The notes: a model not told the origin generated them from the sequence alone. A stretch of DNA of 64,000 bases from Elusimicrobiales bacterium (GCA_041665305.1 JBAYJD010000004.1:27383-91382), one strand, 5' to 3'. Positions 26,090 to 35,320 are shown, counted from the first letter of the stretch. Program-made: numbers and translations.

Positions 26090-27199
26090 TCACCCTCTAA
26101 TACCGTGGTCACCGGCCTGGCGTCGATCGCGGTAACTTTGTTTAAACTCCGCCAGCGCGGAACAAACTTCTCCCTCTTCGAGGTCGTTAACTCTTAACAT
26201 TTCAAGATCATCATTAACCATGACCAAAGCCAGCTGCGCGCCGGTCCGTTTTTTGTCCCGCCCCATAGCGGAGATCATCTCGGCCTCTTCCAGACGAACC
26301 TGCCCAAAATCAAATTTTAAGATCGGCAGCAGAAGCTGCGCTATGAATTTTTCGGTTTTAACGGACAAGAGCCCCCGTTGCCGCGCAACGATGTCAGCCA
26401 GCAGGATGCCTGCCGCGACCGCGACCCCGTGAGGGACAAGAAAATCGCCGGCGGACTCTATCGCGTGCCCGAAACAATGGCCGAAGTTAAGCATGTTCCT
26501 GCGCCCTGAATCGAATTCATCGTCCTCTATATAATCCTTCTTGATCTCAAGAGCCGCCTTGAGAAACCGTTCCAGAGAACCGGGATCCCTCCCTGCCAGT
26601 TTGCCGGAGGTGTTGGAGAAATCTTCGGCACGCCGCTTCCCGCCTATTATGCACAATTTGGCGATCTCTCCCAAGCCGCTCAGATAATCTTCGTCTTTCA
26701 GGGTTGAAATAAACCTCGAAGAAATAAACACCTCGGAGGGCGGATAAAAAGTGCCTATAAGGTTCTTATAGCCTCTATAATTAAGGGAGGTCTTTCCCCC
26801 TATACAGCTGTCGGCCTGGGCCAGCAGCGTAGTGGGGACGAACGTCCATTTGATCCCCCTGTAAAGGGTAGAGGCGGCAAAACCCGTAATATCCTGCGTT
26901 ATTCCCCCGCCGATGGAAACAAGACGCATATTCTTTTTAGTGGCAAGTCCGGCTAGGCGATCATACAGCATCTGCACGGAGTTCAGCGTCTTAACCTCTT
27001 CGCTGACGGGGAGGATGATGTTCGGAAAGGCCTCCAAAAGCTTTAGCGCGGAATTTTTGTGCAAGCGCCAGACATTTTCATCGATCACGAACACACAACA
27101 GGGGTCTGCGGCCAGACGGGGTAGATATGCTTCCGTCTCCCCGAAAAAAACGCCGTAGTCCCTCAGCCTGGAGCCGACGATAAAATTATCTAAAGGCAA
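26090..27199 (-). CDS. 3-dehydroquinate synthase-like sugar phosphate cyclase family protein
   Basis: GGGITQDITGFAASTLYRGIKWTFVPTTLLAQADSCIGGKTSLN and NFGHCFGHAIES match DHQS-family nucleotide and metal motifs. TTG start overlapping the SDR stop. Confidence 0.7.
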   Translation of the reverse strand: MPLDNFIVGSRLRDYGVFFGETEAYLPRLAADPCCVFVIDENVWRLHKNSALKLLEAFPNIILPVSEEVKTLNSVQMLYDRLAGLATKKNMRLVSIGGGITQDITGFAASTLYRGIKWTFVPTTLLAQADSCIGGKTSLNYRGYKNLIGTFYPPSEVFISSRFISTLKDEDYLSGLGEIAKLCIIGGKRRAEDFSNTSGKLAGRDPGSLERFLKAALEIKKDYIEDDEFDSGRRNMLNFGHCFGHAIESAGDFLVPHGVAVAAGILLADIVARQRGLLSVKTEKFIAQLLLPILKFDFGQVRLEEAEMISAMGRDKKRTGAQLALVMVNDDLEMLRVNDLEEGEVCSALAEFKQSYRDRRQAGDHGIRG

Positions 27200-27858
27200 G
27201 TATAGCCCCCATCGGCGACAATTGTCTGCCCCGTAATATAGGTGTTTTGGGCTGAAGCCAAAAAGGATACGATCTCGGCTATTTCCGGAGGCTCAGCCAG
27301 GCGTTTTACGGGTATAGCCTGTGAAATAACCCGGATAGCGTCTTCGGAATTATTTCTGCGCGTGAGTTCCGTGTTCACAAATCCTGGCGCCACAGCGTTA
27401 ACCAGAACCCCGTACTGGGCGCATTCGACAGCGGCCGCCCTGGTCATGCCGTTGACAGCCGCCTTGGCGGTGGAATAAACGAACCTGCGCGGTTTTGCCA
27501 CGAGGCTCCAGACCGAACTGATATTTACGATCCTGCCGTATCCCCCGGAGCGCATTGAAGGGAGCACGCCGCGGATAAGCCGCATAGGAGCCGTAAGGTT
27601 CACCTGCATGATCGAGATCAAATCGTCATCCGAGTACTCCTCGGCGGAGCCGATAGGATTTATTCCGGCATTGTTTACCAGGATCTCGACAGGACCGGCG
27701 ATACCGCGGAGATATTCGTCTATGGATCCGTTTGAAGACAGATCAAGTTCGGCGCGCGGAGGCGTAAGCAAAACCGCCCCTTTTTGCCTGAAGGCTTCCG
27801 CGATGGCCCTGCCGATCCCCTTTGAAGCGCCTGTGATAAGGGCCGTACGGCCTTTCAT
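27190..27858 (-). CDS. Short-chain dehydrogenase/reductase (classical SDR, FabG-like)
   Basis: TGASKGIGRAIA, NNAG, YSTAKAAV. ATGA overlap with the upstream aldolase gene. Confidence 0.85.
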   Translation of the reverse strand: MKGRTALITGASKGIGRAIAEAFRQKGAVLLTPPRAELDLSSNGSIDEYLRGIAGPVEILVNNAGINPIGSAEEYSDDDLISIMQVNLTAPMRLIRGVLPSMRSGGYGRIVNISSVWSLVAKPRRFVYSTAKAAVNGMTRAAAVECAQYGVLVNAVAPGFVNTELTRRNNSEDAIRVISQAIPVKRLAEPPEIAEIVSFLASAQNTYITGQTIVADGGYTCL

Positions 27859-28670
27859 GTTATTTTCACTCCGGCCTCTTCAATAAGGCGTTTGTATCGT
27901 TTTTCAAGCATATTTATGCGTTGTTCGTCTTCAGCATATATCCCACCGTAAAAATTGCGTTTATTCATAAGCCACATCAACTCAAAACCCACGGCTTTAA
28001 GGATGCCGCTGGGGGCGTCGTCTTTTAAGGATTCAGGGCACTTAAATATAACCTTGCGGGTTTCATACCGGTCCAGCAGCCCGTTGGGAAGTCTTTTAAA
28101 GAAAGGCAGGGAATCTTTTGAGACTCCGCCGCCCACCACGCACTCAAGGCCTTTTTCTTTGGCTTTGGTGAAAAGCTCTTTGGTGATCTCAAATATCGCG
28201 TCGGAATTAATATCTTCCCGCGTCATTCCGAGAGAACCTGTCATATCAACACGCCCCAGCACAATACCGTCAAGTTCCGAGATCCCGTCTATTTTCAGCA
28301 TTTCATCAAAATTTTCGAAGCCCATCACCGTCTCTATATTCGCCAGCAAAGACACCTGCTGCATCTCATCTTTCGGAAATACCATTTTAGCGGCGCTCAG
28401 GTATTTCTTCAGCGCGTAAGGGGATTCTATCATGGGCGCCACTATTCTACAGGCCCCTATAGACCTGGCATCATACATGTCTTTCAGGGCTTCACAGCCG
28501 CCGACCTTGATAGTCAGTTCAAGACCGGCGCGGGTTACAACTTCCTTAAGGCGCAGCGCCTCCTCAAGACGGGTGCCTTCGGCCTCAAATTCGGCTTTGA
28601 TGCCGGCTACATTATGATTCGCCTTCAGGTCCTGAAGCACTTCTACCATCTGCCTTTCCAGATTATTCAT
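27855..28670 (-). CDS. HpcH/HpaI aldolase / citrate-lyase-beta-like TIM-barrel protein
   Basis: AEFEAEG, IVAPMIESP, ANIETV and GRVDM blocks are typical of the HpcH/PEP-utilising barrel family. Start taken at ATG 28670 (MNNLERQ), preceded by GGGAG. Confidence 0.6.
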   Translation of the reverse strand: MNNLERQMVEVLQDLKANHNVAGIKAEFEAEGTRLEEALRLKEVVTRAGLELTIKVGGCEALKDMYDARSIGACRIVAPMIESPYALKKYLSAAKMVFPKDEMQQVSLLANIETVMGFENFDEMLKIDGISELDGIVLGRVDMTGSLGMTREDINSDAIFEITKELFTKAKEKGLECVVGGGVSKDSLPFFKRLPNGLLDRYETRKVIFKCPESLKDDAPSGILKAVGFELMWLMNKRNFYGGIYAEDEQRINMLEKRYKRLIEEAGVKIT

Positions 28671-28754
28671 AATACTCCCGCCTTTGTGATCGATTCCGGC
28701 CTCCGGCCGCACTCACATCTTACAAAACATTAGAAATTCCTGCCGCAAAAATTT

Positions 28755-30545
28755 TTAATCAATAATGTTGCGCTGGAATTCTTCCCTGTCCAGAAAAGGC
28801 CACATATCCTCCAGCGGCTTGGAGACCATGCCGCCGTCGGGCTTCTTTTCCGATGATAGTTTGGGCATAAATTTATGATCCGCAGGCAATCTCACATCGC
28901 AAAGCGCCGGACCCTTTACCGCCAGGATCCGCGCAATTTTTTCGCTCATATCGGCGACGCAGTGGATGGTCTCGGTGTACAGGCCGAAAGCTCCGGCTAC
29001 TTTGACAAAATCAGGAAATCCGACCCCCGATCCGGGATCGCAGGCTACATAACGGCTTTCAAAAAAATTTTCCTGGGTTTGTCTGATGGAAACATAACCT
29101 TCGTTGTTCAGAACGAATATTTTCACCGGCAGCCTGTAATGCGCGATGGTGGCGAGTTCCTGTATATTCATCATAATGCTGCCGTCACCCGCCAGGCAAA
29201 CCACTTCTTTTTTACCGCCGCCGATGCAGGCCCCTACCGCCGCCGGAAGATCGTATCCCATAGAGGCGCAGCCGGAATTCCAGAATATCCGTTGTCCTTT
29301 TTTAACTATCCCTGCCTGGAACAGGCAGACGCAGGCGGAGCCGTTGCCCGCCGCCACAGGGGTATCCGGCGCAAGCATGGCCGTAAGAGTTTCCATAAAA
29401 TGGTATGGATTGACTTTGGTTTTAAGTTTTTTATACTCTTCAAGAACAACCGGGTACCTGACCGACCGCTCCCGGCACCAGGCCAGCCAGCCGGAGAAGT
29501 CCCCAAGCCCCTCAACCGGGATCTCCGATAGAAGACCGGCTATGAAATCCTTAACATCCGCAAGTACAGGCAAATCCGGTTTTACCGTGGGCTTGGCCAA
29601 TTCGGACGGGTCGATATCCACGATTATTTTTTTAGCTTTTTTCGCGTAATTGTCCCAGTCATAACTTATCTGGCGGACATTGTTGCGGGAACCCAGCGAA
29701 AGCACCAGATCGGCGTTCTGCAGTGAAAAGTTTCCGCCCCTGGTGCCTACGGTGCCTATCCTGCCGGCGTACCAGGGGCTGTCATTGGGCACGAGGTCAA
29801 AACCGGCGAAGGTCGCCAGCACGGGTATTTTTAAATTATCAGCCAGTTTTTCAAACAACTCTCTGGCGCCCGCTAACGCTATACCATGTCCGGCGATCAT
29901 CACCGGCCTTTTAGCCGATCTCAGCATTTCAACCGTTTTGCAAATCTGGGCCTTACAGCCGTCATCGGCCGGAACCGGTATTTCAGGTTCATAGGGAACA
30001 AGTGCATCCTCGTCTATCAACGCCGCCTGGACATCCAGCGGTATATCTATCCACACAGGTCCCGGACGCCCGGTCATGGCCGTATGAACCGCCTTATCAA
30101 GCACATACTTTACCTGATACGGATCCGTCAGCATCTGGGAAAACTTTGTAACCGGCTTGACTATCTCGGCGATATTAATTTCCTGGTCGCCAAGCTGGCG
30201 CAGCCCGGTTTCAGGACAGAAGGCGGTCGTGGTCTTGAACTTCACCTGGCCGGAAATGTACAACGCCGGGATCGAATCCAGCCACTGGCCTATAACGCCG
30301 GTTAAGGTATTGACGCCGCCCGGACCGGTGGTAACGATAGAAACTCCAAGTTTATCCGAGACGCGGGAATAGCCCTCCGCCCCTATAGCGGAAGCCTGCT
30401 CATGATGATTACAGATATATTCCAGCCCTTTGCACTTGCCCACGGAATCGTTGAGATGCATGGCCCCGCCGCCGGAGATCATAAACACATGCTTTACGCC
30501 GTGTTCCACAAGCCTTTTGGCCACATAATCGGATAGTTTTATCAT
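28755..30545 (-). CDS. Thiamine-diphosphate-dependent enzyme, acetolactate-synthase-like (YerE-like candidate)
   Basis: N-terminal Pyr domain (VKHVFMISGGGAMHL) and ThDP-binding motif CLAGDGSIMMNIQELAT...FVLNNEGY. Start taken at ATG 30545 (MIKLSDY). Confidence 0.8.
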   Translation of the reverse strand: MIKLSDYVAKRLVEHGVKHVFMISGGGAMHLNDSVGKCKGLEYICNHHEQASAIGAEGYSRVSDKLGVSIVTTGPGGVNTLTGVIGQWLDSIPALYISGQVKFKTTTAFCPETGLRQLGDQEINIAEIVKPVTKFSQMLTDPYQVKYVLDKAVHTAMTGRPGPVWIDIPLDVQAALIDEDALVPYEPEIPVPADDGCKAQICKTVEMLRSAKRPVMIAGHGIALAGARELFEKLADNLKIPVLATFAGFDLVPNDSPWYAGRIGTVGTRGGNFSLQNADLVLSLGSRNNVRQISYDWDNYAKKAKKIIVDIDPSELAKPTVKPDLPVLADVKDFIAGLLSEIPVEGLGDFSGWLAWCRERSVRYPVVLEEYKKLKTKVNPYHFMETLTAMLAPDTPVAAGNGSACVCLFQAGIVKKGQRIFWNSGCASMGYDLPAAVGACIGGGKKEVVCLAGDGSIMMNIQELATIAHYRLPVKIFVLNNEGYVSIRQTQENFFESRYVACDPGSGVGFPDFVKVAGAFGLYTETIHCVADMSEKIARILAVKGPALCDVRLPADHKFMPKLSSEKKPDGGMVSKPLEDMWPFLDREEFQRNIID

Positions 30546-30552
30546 GTATGGT

Positions 30553-31434
30553 CTATTTGTCCACAAGCAACGCTTCCCTGTTTATGGACTTCTTATTAGC
30601 GTGATACCATGAATAAAGTTTTTTGATAGCCGCGTCAAGCGGAGTGAAAGATATAGTTTTTACCTCTGTTTTCAATCTGGAATTATCGCCGCTGTATTCG
30701 GCGCCCAGCCCCGGCCGGGCGACTTTAACAGGCAAATCTTTGCCGGCAACTGAAAGGACCCGTTCGGCCAGCTCTATAAGCTCCACGGATGTATCCGGGG
30801 TGACATTATAAGCCTGGTGCTCCGCCATGTTCTCCAAAAGGTATTCTATAACAGGATAGAGGTCGTCGATCCACAGATAATCGAACCTGCGGTTCTGTTT
30901 TATCGTAAGCGGCAGGTCGAAAATAGCCTTGCAGATCATGTTGGAAATAAAGCGGATGGAATAATCCTCGTATTTGCCGTAAATACCGAAAACGCGCAAG
31001 TCGGTTATCTTGCCGGTTTTCTCCATGTATTTGCCGCATACATATTTGCAGAACCCGTGCTCATCGGCGGGGACATGCGTATCAAAATAATTTTCTTTCA
31101 TTTTCGGCCGGTAATAGCGCATATCGTATATGGCGCCGGAACCTATCACCAGCATTTTTTTAAAATATTCCGCGTTGCGGGCTAGATTAAAGAACATCCG
31201 GGTGTTCTCATACAGGACTTTCCCCGGCTCCTCGGAGTTGCGGTGTCCCGGCTTCGCGGCGGCGTGTATAACAAAATCAAAACCCCCGTTTTTCAAACAG
31301 TTTTTTACCGCGTCATCGTTTAAAAGATCCAGATCGGCATGCCCTGGAGCGGCTATGCGGTATTTCCGGGCAAGCGGAGATTCAAGGAGATTTCTCCCGA
31401 TAAACCCGCTTCCTCCTGTAAGAAGGACCTTCAA
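30553..31434 (-). CDS. NAD(P)-dependent sugar epimerase/reductase (YerF-like candidate)
   Basis: VLLTGGSGFIGRNLL Rossmann motif. TTG start overlapping the upstream small-ORF stop (TTGA). Confidence 0.65.
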   Translation of the reverse strand: MKVLLTGGSGFIGRNLLESPLARKYRIAAPGHADLDLLNDDAVKNCLKNGGFDFVIHAAAKPGHRNSEEPGKVLYENTRMFFNLARNAEYFKKMLVIGSGAIYDMRYYRPKMKENYFDTHVPADEHGFCKYVCGKYMEKTGKITDLRVFGIYGKYEDYSIRFISNMICKAIFDLPLTIKQNRRFDYLWIDDLYPVIEYLLENMAEHQAYNVTPDTSVELIELAERVLSVAGKDLPVKVARPGLGAEYSGDNSRLKTEVKTISFTPLDAAIKKLYSWYHANKKSINREALLVDK

Positions 31435-31676
31435 GCGCGCCCCCGGAAACCGGCTATGGCGGGGTGTTTGTCACGGCAATCCTGGCATATCAGCACGGTC
31501 AGAAACGCCAGAGCGATGGTTTTTAAATACGCGCCTTCGGCGTCAATTTTAGAAACAGCGGTCTTCACATACCGCCACACGAACCAGGTGAATACCAAGA
31601 GCATGGCGACAAGCACAAAGTCATGGTGGACATCTTCTTTTACGATAAAATCCACGACATAGTCGGATAATTTCAT
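31431..31676 (-). CDS. Small hypothetical protein (two hydrophobic segments); possible gene remnant
   Basis: 81-aa ORF with no recognisable RBS. Its N-terminus (MKLSDYVVDFIVKEDVHHDF) mimics the N-terminus of ThDP enzymes, including the neighbour's (MIKLSDYVAKRLVEHGVKHVF). Confidence 0.3.
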   Translation of the reverse strand: MKLSDYVVDFIVKEDVHHDFVLVAMLLVFTWFVWRYVKTAVSKIDAEGAYLKTIALAFLTVLICQDCRDKHPAIAGFRGRA

Positions 31677-31686
31677 TGGTCGGGGG

Positions 31687-33126
31687 CTATTTATTCAACG
31701 GCGTAAAACCGCTGAAGGATTTAACCATATATTCGAGCATTTGCTTTGTCATGCCGGGGTAGACGCCTATCCAGAAGGTGGAGGACATGATGGTATCGGT
31801 AACGGGCAAAGCGGAAGGGCGGCCGGAAGCGGAAACCACACGGAAGCCGCTGCCGGAGCGGCGCATTTCGTCGAAACAGGGGTGCTTTATAAGATTGCCG
31901 GCGAACAGCATGCGGGTCTGGATCTTGTTCTTCTCAAGGTGCGCGACAAGCTGATCGCGGGTAAAACCGGCGTTCTCTTTGACAGTCAGCATAAAACCGA
32001 ACCAGCTGGGATCTGAATCCTGCGCCGGTTCCGGAAGGATAAGCCTGTCTGAAAAAACATCGAGGGCTTTGCGCAGATATTGCCAGTTCTTTTTGCGGGC
32101 ATCTATGAATCCCGGGAGTTTTTCCAGCTGCGCCAGGCCTATGGCCGCCTGCATCTCGGTGGCTTTGAGGTTATAGCCGAAATGGGAATAGACATACTTA
32201 TGATCGTAACCTGACGGAAGTTCGCCGAACTGCTGCGTGAATCTTTTGCCGCAGGTATTATCCTTGCCGGAAGGACACCAGCAATCGCGGCCCCAGTCGC
32301 GGAAAGAATCCACCAGCCGCTTTAACTGGGGATTATTGGTGTATACAGCCCCACCCTCGCCCATAGTCATATGATGCGGCGGGTAGAAGCTGGAAGTGCC
32401 GATGTCGCCGAATGTCCCGGTGTATTGGGAACTACGAGGGTTGGATGACCTGCCGGATAAAGGAATGCCTTCTTCTAACCCTCCAACCTTCCAACCTTCC
32501 AACCTTCTGTATTTACTCCCCAATGCGTCGCAGTTGTCTTCTATCAACCAAAGGTTGTGTTTTTCGCAGAAAGATTTTACGGCTTTAAGGTCGAAGGGGT
32601 TGCCGAGGGTGTGGGCGGCCATTACGGCTTTTGTTTTTTTGGAAACGGCTTTTGCGAGCAGGGAACAATCCATGTTATATGAGGGCAGACTGACATCCAC
32701 GAACACGGGGACCGCGCCGTACTGGATGATGGGGGTTACGGTCGTGGGGAACCCGGCGGCGACGGTTATAACCTCGTCTCCGGGGTTTATCCGCCTGGCG
32801 CCCAGTTTGGGAGAGGTGAGGGCCATGAAGGCCAGCAAATTGGCCGAGGAGCCGGAATTAACCAGGGAAACATGCCTGACCCCGAGGAATTCGCCTAATT
32901 TTTTTTCGAAAGCGTCAACATAGCGGCCGGAGGTAAGCCAGAAATCCAGGGCGGAATCGACGAGGTTCGCCACCTCTTTTTCGTCAAAAACCCTGCCGCC
33001 GTAAGCGACATGGGATTTGCCGGGCTCAAAATCTTTCTTTTTATGGAAAAGGCGGTGGTATTGCGAAACTTTGCCGAGTATTTCTTTGCGCAGCTGTTTG
33101 TCCGTTACGACCGTCTTAAGATTCAT
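31687..33126 (-). CDS. rfbH: CDP-6-deoxy-D-xylo-4-hexulose 3-dehydrase (E1), with an in-frame repeat insertion
   Basis: FYPPHHMTMGEGG (His in place of the PLP Lys), RDWGRDCWCPSGKDNTCGKRF (Fe-S Cys cluster), GYNLKATEMQAA. It carries about 29 extra residues (RRLEGWKVGGLEEGIPLSGRSSNPRSSQY). Confidence 0.85.
   Translation of the reverse strand: MNLKTVVTDKQLRKEILGKVSQYHRLFHKKKDFEPGKSHVAYGGRVFDEKEVANLVDSALDFWLTSGRYVDAFEKKLGEFLGVRHVSLVNSGSSANLLAFMALTSPKLGARRINPGDEVITVAAGFPTTVTPIIQYGAVPVFVDVSLPSYNMDCSLLAKAVSKKTKAVMAAHTLGNPFDLKAVKSFCEKHNLWLIEDNCDALGSKYRRLEGWKVGGLEEGIPLSGRSSNPRSSQYTGTFGDIGTSSFYPPHHMTMGEGGAVYTNNPQLKRLVDSFRDWGRDCWCPSGKDNTCGKRFTQQFGELPSGYDHKYVYSHFGYNLKATEMQAAIGLAQLEKLPGFIDARKKNWQYLRKALDVFSDRLILPEPAQDSDPSWFGFMLTVKENAGFTRDQLVAHLEKNKIQTRMLFAGNLIKHPCFDEMRRSGSGFRVVSASGRPSALPVTDTIMSSTFWIGVYPGMTKQMLEYMVKSFSGFTPLNK
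32472..32511. repeat. 8-nt tandem array inside rfbH
   Basis: cttctaac cctccaac cttccaac cttccaac cttctgta. An inverted single unit, gagggttgga (32436-32445), is complementary at 9 of 10 positions to 32474-32483. Confidence 0.9.
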
Positions 33127-33159
33127 GTTCAGTCCCTCAAATCGCTTATTATATAGTTA

Positions 33160-33168
33160 ATTATAGCA
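33160..33168 (-). promoter_or_regulatory. Candidate extended -10 promoter (TGCTATAAT) upstream of rfbH
   Basis: The minus strand reads TGCTATAAT about 34 nt upstream of the rfbH ATG. It lies in the 104-nt AT-rich spacer after the MBL gene. Confidence 0.35.
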
Positions 33169-33230
33169 ATTTGGGCTACAGAATGAGAGCCGCTAAGGAG
33201 TTGCGAGTTTCGAATGCCGCGAAATTATTT

Positions 33231-33980
33231 TTAAAGCTTGATGCGGAGCCCGTCTACGGCGGCCTGGGTGTTTTTAAATATTTTCCGGGCTATTTTCTGG
33301 GCGTTAGCGCGGTCGTTCATGGCGGGGTATCTGTCGGCGCCGAAATGGGCGAGAGCCAGTTTTTTAGCCCCGGCCTTTTTTGCAAGCGCCGCCGCGCTTG
33401 CGGGGTCCATATGGGGCCAGCCGGGATTGGTTTCCCCCGGTCTGTGGGCGCATTCGCTTATCAGAAGGTCGGCGTTTTGCGCCAGTTTCACGGAGTTGGC
33501 GCAGGGGCCTGTGTCGGTGCAATAAGCGACCGCCTTGCCGTCTATCTCGAATCTGTAGCCGAGTACCGGGTCCGCGTGGACCAAAGGCAGGCATTTCAGG
33601 GTAAAAGGAAGCCTTGCGGCGTCCGAGGGCAGTTCCAGGACTTCGGTCTTATATTTCAGGTTTTTCAGCGGCACGGTGAACGGACGGCGCAGGATCAGGG
33701 CCAGCGTTTTCCTGGCGCCTTTGCCCGCGCAGATAGTGAGGCCTTTTTTGAACCTGGAATTAAATTTCACCAGTATATGCAGACCGGCGATATGGTCCAG
33801 ATGAAAATGGCTTAAGAACAAGTAAATGGGTTTGGAGCCGTCCACATATTTGCCCAGCTTATAAAGGCCGTTGCCGGCATCCAGGACAATATCATATTTT
33901 TCGGTTTTAACCAGCACGCAGATAGCGTTGCCCGTTTTTGTATCATACCAGCCGTTGGTTCCGAGGAAGATTATTTCCAT
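33231..33980 (-). CDS. MBL-fold metallo-hydrolase (RNase Z/BN-like)
   Basis: LSHFHLDHIAGL metal motif, CTDTG and SECAH blocks. Start taken at ATG 33980 (MEIIFLGTNGW). Confidence 0.75.
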   Translation of the reverse strand: MEIIFLGTNGWYDTKTGNAICVLVKTEKYDIVLDAGNGLYKLGKYVDGSKPIYLFLSHFHLDHIAGLHILVKFNSRFKKGLTICAGKGARKTLALILRRPFTVPLKNLKYKTEVLELPSDAARLPFTLKCLPLVHADPVLGYRFEIDGKAVAYCTDTGPCANSVKLAQNADLLISECAHRPGETNPGWPHMDPASAAALAKKAGAKKLALAHFGADRYPAMNDRANAQKIARKIFKNTQAAVDGLRIKL

Positions 33981-34012
33981 AATAAAAGCACCTTGTTTAC
34001 TATACGCAGATC

Positions 34013-35320
34013 TTAATGGCTTCTGATCGGAAATTCGAGCGCCCATTTATAGAAGGGGAGCGCCCGCACTGTTACACCGTCCAGGCGCTCCTCATACTCT
34101 TCCGACCAAGTTACTATCTTACCCGCCGCAAGATTAAGAGATTTACAGGCTTTAATCAAGCCGCTGAACTCCCTTTTCTTTGTTGAAGGAGAAGTGAGAT
34201 CACAAGCCGCCTGAAACACCTCCGGAGGGCCCTGCTCGTTAAGCCGCACAAAATCACACTCGCTGCCGCCTTTTATATAGTAGATCTCACTTCCGGCGGT
34301 GTGAAGCTCCGTAAAAACGGCGTTTTCAAGCAGCTTGCCGCGATCTTCGGAAAACCCGAAAGACACGGAGGTCGCCAGCCCGTTATCGACCACATATATC
34401 TTTTTCTCGGAACCTTCCCGTTTTATAAGCGATTCATTATATTTTTTCAACGGGAAAAAGAAATATATCGCGCGCAGCTCTTCCAGTAATTCGTATAAAA
34501 GATTTTTATCGGCTTTATAGCCCTGTGAATGGAGCTCATTATAGATCTTGTGCACGGACACCGGGGTCGAAATGCAGGCTAAAAGACGCTTTATAAAATA
34601 CTTCAGCAGATGCGCATGCGGCTTGCGTTCATACCGCTCGATAAGGTCCTTAAACAACATCACATTAAAATATTCCTGCAATGTTTTCACTCTCAGCCCC
34701 TCCTCCATTGAAAGGACTTCGGGAAAACCGCCGGCACGCAGATATTCTTCGGATTTAGCCGCCACCCTGTTCCTTGAAGCGGCGGGATACATCTCCGCCG
34801 CCGTTCCGGAGAAAGACAGATATTCCCGGAACGATAAGGGGTAGACTTCATAAGTCAGATTACGCCCGCGTAAACTTGTGGAGATGTCGGTGCTTAGTAA
34901 TTTAGAATTGGAGCCCGTCAAAAAAACATTTTTAGAAACGGAGTCATACACCCGGCGGACAAATTTTTCCCACCCCTCGACATTCTGGATCTCGTCAAAA
35001 AAGAAATAAGATTTCGAGAGATCCGCATCCGGATAAAGCTCACCATAAGCCTGCAGGATCAGGTCCAGGTCGTCTCTCCCGGCCTCTAAACGCTCATCTT
35101 CAAAATTCACATATATAATGCCGCGTATATCCGCGCCGCGCGCTAAAAGCCGTGAAACAGCATCCAGAAGAAGGAAGGTTTTTCCGCTGCGGCGTACGCC
35201 GGATACAGCAACGACCTTACCTGAATCCAAAGGCACGCTGATAAACCGTTTTTTAACGGGAGGAACCGGTCGTGTCTGGAAAGAGCGAATTATCTCTTTA
35301 AACACTTCTTTCTTGACCAT
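34013..35320 (-). CDS. AAA-family ATPase with DUF4143-type C-terminal domain
   Basis: Walker A GVRRSGKTFLL and Walker B FFFDEIQ. The C-terminal block (GSECDFV) is typical of the COG1373-type ATPase family. Confidence 0.75.
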   Translation of the reverse strand: MVKKEVFKEIIRSFQTRPVPPVKKRFISVPLDSGKVVAVSGVRRSGKTFLLLDAVSRLLARGADIRGIIYVNFEDERLEAGRDDLDLILQAYGELYPDADLSKSYFFFDEIQNVEGWEKFVRRVYDSVSKNVFLTGSNSKLLSTDISTSLRGRNLTYEVYPLSFREYLSFSGTAAEMYPAASRNRVAAKSEEYLRAGGFPEVLSMEEGLRVKTLQEYFNVMLFKDLIERYERKPHAHLLKYFIKRLLACISTPVSVHKIYNELHSQGYKADKNLLYELLEELRAIYFFFPLKKYNESLIKREGSEKKIYVVDNGLATSVSFGFSEDRGKLLENAVFTELHTAGSEIYYIKGGSECDFVRLNEQGPPEVFQAACDLTSPSTKKREFSGLIKACKSLNLAAGKIVTWSEEYEERLDGVTVRALPFYKWALEFPIRSH

